NCBI GenBank assembly: GCA_013239625.1
Contig: MU053994.1
Location: 375,775-439,774, forward strand
DNA length: 64,000 bases
Source of the DNA: Lama guanicoe
Taxonomy: Eukaryota
Direction: 5' to 3'
The translations under genes and the position numbers were made by a program. Below are positions 61,981 to 64,000 of the stretch, piece by piece (positions within the stretch are counted from its first letter, which is position 1; each line of letters starts with the position of its first letter). The notes beneath the pieces are model-generated. The model worked only from the letters and a program-made list of their open reading frames with translations. It ran no database searches and was not told the origin of the DNA.

Positions 61981-64000
61981 ATTCCCCACTGTCAATATCC
62001 ATTCCACGATCTTGTGGGAAAAGAGGTGATGACTGCTCTGGCTACTTCCTGCTGAAAAGGGGCGATGAGGGGGTGATTATGGAATGGAATTGATCAGCCT
62101 TGGTCAGGGAACATTCCTGGACATCTTTAGTCAGTAGTATAATCTCTCTCTTTCCTTTTTTTTTTCTCTCTCTTTATTTACAACTGTTTGATCCTGATAA
62201 AACTCCTTGGTATTTTGTTGAACTTGGAGTTTTGGTTCCAGTTCTCAATACATATCTTTAATGTTAATTTTTTCCACTGTACCAGAATTATACTAGATTC
62301 TTGTGCTATTTAGTTCATCAGAAGACTTAGAATGGTGTCATGATGCCTCCAGGTGACTAGTCCTATAGACACTAGCGTTTGTCACTCTTTCCATCTCTTT
62401 ATCTTATAAGCACCGAAGGTGTGGTCTTCTTGGTAATTCAGGCTATTTTCTAAGGTTAAAGTCCTGGGGCCTTCTCCCTGGAGATTGACTCAGAGACCAA
62501 GCATGATTCTAGCTTTCAATTACTGGAATAAAGTAGAAACAGTAAGATCAATAGCTTTAGTTTTAACAGTGGGCCTGGAACTGTGAGTAGCAACTGGTCA
62601 GTCAGGTCAGTTGGAAGGAATAAGCAATCTGTTAGCCTAAGTGCAGCCATTTTATTAATCCTCCTTCAAAATCCCCACTGTCAGTTTCTGTCATTCCACT
62701 TCTATGGAAATAGGGAAGATGGGCGTCGTGTTCTTGCTGAATGAGGGTGTCGTTTGGGGGCCCTTGAAATGGAATGAGTGAACTTGATCTTGCTGTGTGG
62801 CTGGGGTTCAGAAAGAGCCTTAGGTGCTCGTTTCCCGCACATTACACAATGGAGAACAGTCTAAATATTAGATACATATCAACTCCTGTTAACAGAAATG
62901 ATAACAGAAATTGTAGAATTCCCATAAGAATGGTTTTGAGACCTTGGGGTATCCATGAAAAGAGGCCAGAAAAACAGGTGTTAACTTAGGTTAATATAAC
63001 TTTTTGCACATATGCATCTGAATCCCCTGCATTATGTATTTGTTGTTTTATGTCCTCCAGGGCAGTTATGATGTTTCTGGATTTATCTGGTAGGAAAGTA
63101 CAACAGGCAGTATGAATCCAGAAACTCAACAACTACAAGAGGAGAACTTAAACCCGTAAGGTTGTAGCTGCAAGTTGCCAGCAGACACTGCTTTGAGAAT
63201 GGATGGTAGCATTCTAATTTTGACAGCGCTCAGAAAACTCAAGTTCTCAGCAATACAGAAGCTTGTCTGAAATCACATCTACATTGGTTACCTAGTTTTA
63301 CCTTGGGTGTCTGAACTACAGTTATTCCAGCTTGATTTTCAAATGCATTTCTCTCCTTAATGGCCAAAGCAGATGTAATTACCATTAATTATTTTAGTGC
63401 TTTCTTAGATCTGAGGAGATGCAAGAATTTGGGCTCATAAAATCTTTTCCTGAAAATGTCTAACTATCTGAAGACCTGTTCAGCCAGTTTTCCCAGAGCA
63501 CAGAGTGCCTCATTCCTGGTCTCCACCCTGTCTCCTTTCAGGGTGTGTTGGAGGTCAGTGGCTGCAGTGACTCATGATTTAATCCAAGCAGAGGTAGATG
63601 GCAAGTGCCAGCGTGATCCAGTCCTTGTAGAGGCAGATGGCGAGTGCCCTTATGATCAGAAATTTGACCATGGTTTGGCATGACCATTTTGTCCCCCGGT
63701 GCTAGGAATGCTTATTCCTAGGTCAGGCGAGGATTTTATTGACAGACCACTCAAAGTGCTCTTATGGGACTAGGCCTTATTAACAGGAGCAAAAATGTCT
63801 CTGGACCACCTGTCTTACTAGCCTGTTATGATCCAGGAAAATGTTCCCTCTTGTTGCTTTTTCCATATCTAGACTTGCACTATTACAGTCATTGGTCTCA
63901 TACAGAAGTATATATCTGGCCTACTGTTTCAAGTTGCCTAGTCATTATTTTATCAGAGGCTCAGTCACATATCTGGTAATGTAAGAAGCAACATTTTGTA
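61981..64000 (-). mobile_element. ERV1 internal region with degraded env TM remnant; continues past the window
   Basis: Minus-strand QQEVARAVI env tail near 62030-62055; HTACCTFLPDKSRNI near 63070-63114; MER4-group-like internal sequence at 63450-63650. Confidence 0.72.

Noticed and set aside
1..64000. CRISPR arrays, operons or other prokaryotic systems; a second short-H2A gene
   Set aside because: The sequence is mammalian with no spaced repeat arrays, and I saw no other histone-fold ORF

Overview
AT-rich, repeat-dense mammalian DNA, not prokaryotic. Three tRNA-Ala-derived SINEs resembling camelid Vic-1 suggest a camelid (alpaca/llama/camel). The only host protein-coding gene I can support is the intronless short histone variant H2A.P (H2AP/HYPM) at 60461-60796 (+), with CCAAT, TATA-like and ATTAAA signals. 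From memory this gene is X-linked in the DYNLT3-SYTL5 region in other mammals; the window itself cannot show synteny. The rest is mostly transposable elements: a young near-full-length L1 (12812-19060, -) with a TSD and few lesions, many truncated L1 3' ends, a rearranged TSD-bounded composite L1, older L1M/L2/MIR, MaLR/ERVL LTRs, hAT and Tigger MITEs, and the 3' end of a class I ERV. The most interesting observations are a 73-codon ORF between L1 ORF1 and ORF2, an ORF2 frameshift shared by two independent L1 insertions, a probable 3' transduction, a very acidic H2A.P, and a strong minus-strand insertion bias. I found no convincing wholly new multi-gene system. Repeat family names come from recall, and old-repeat boundaries are approximate.
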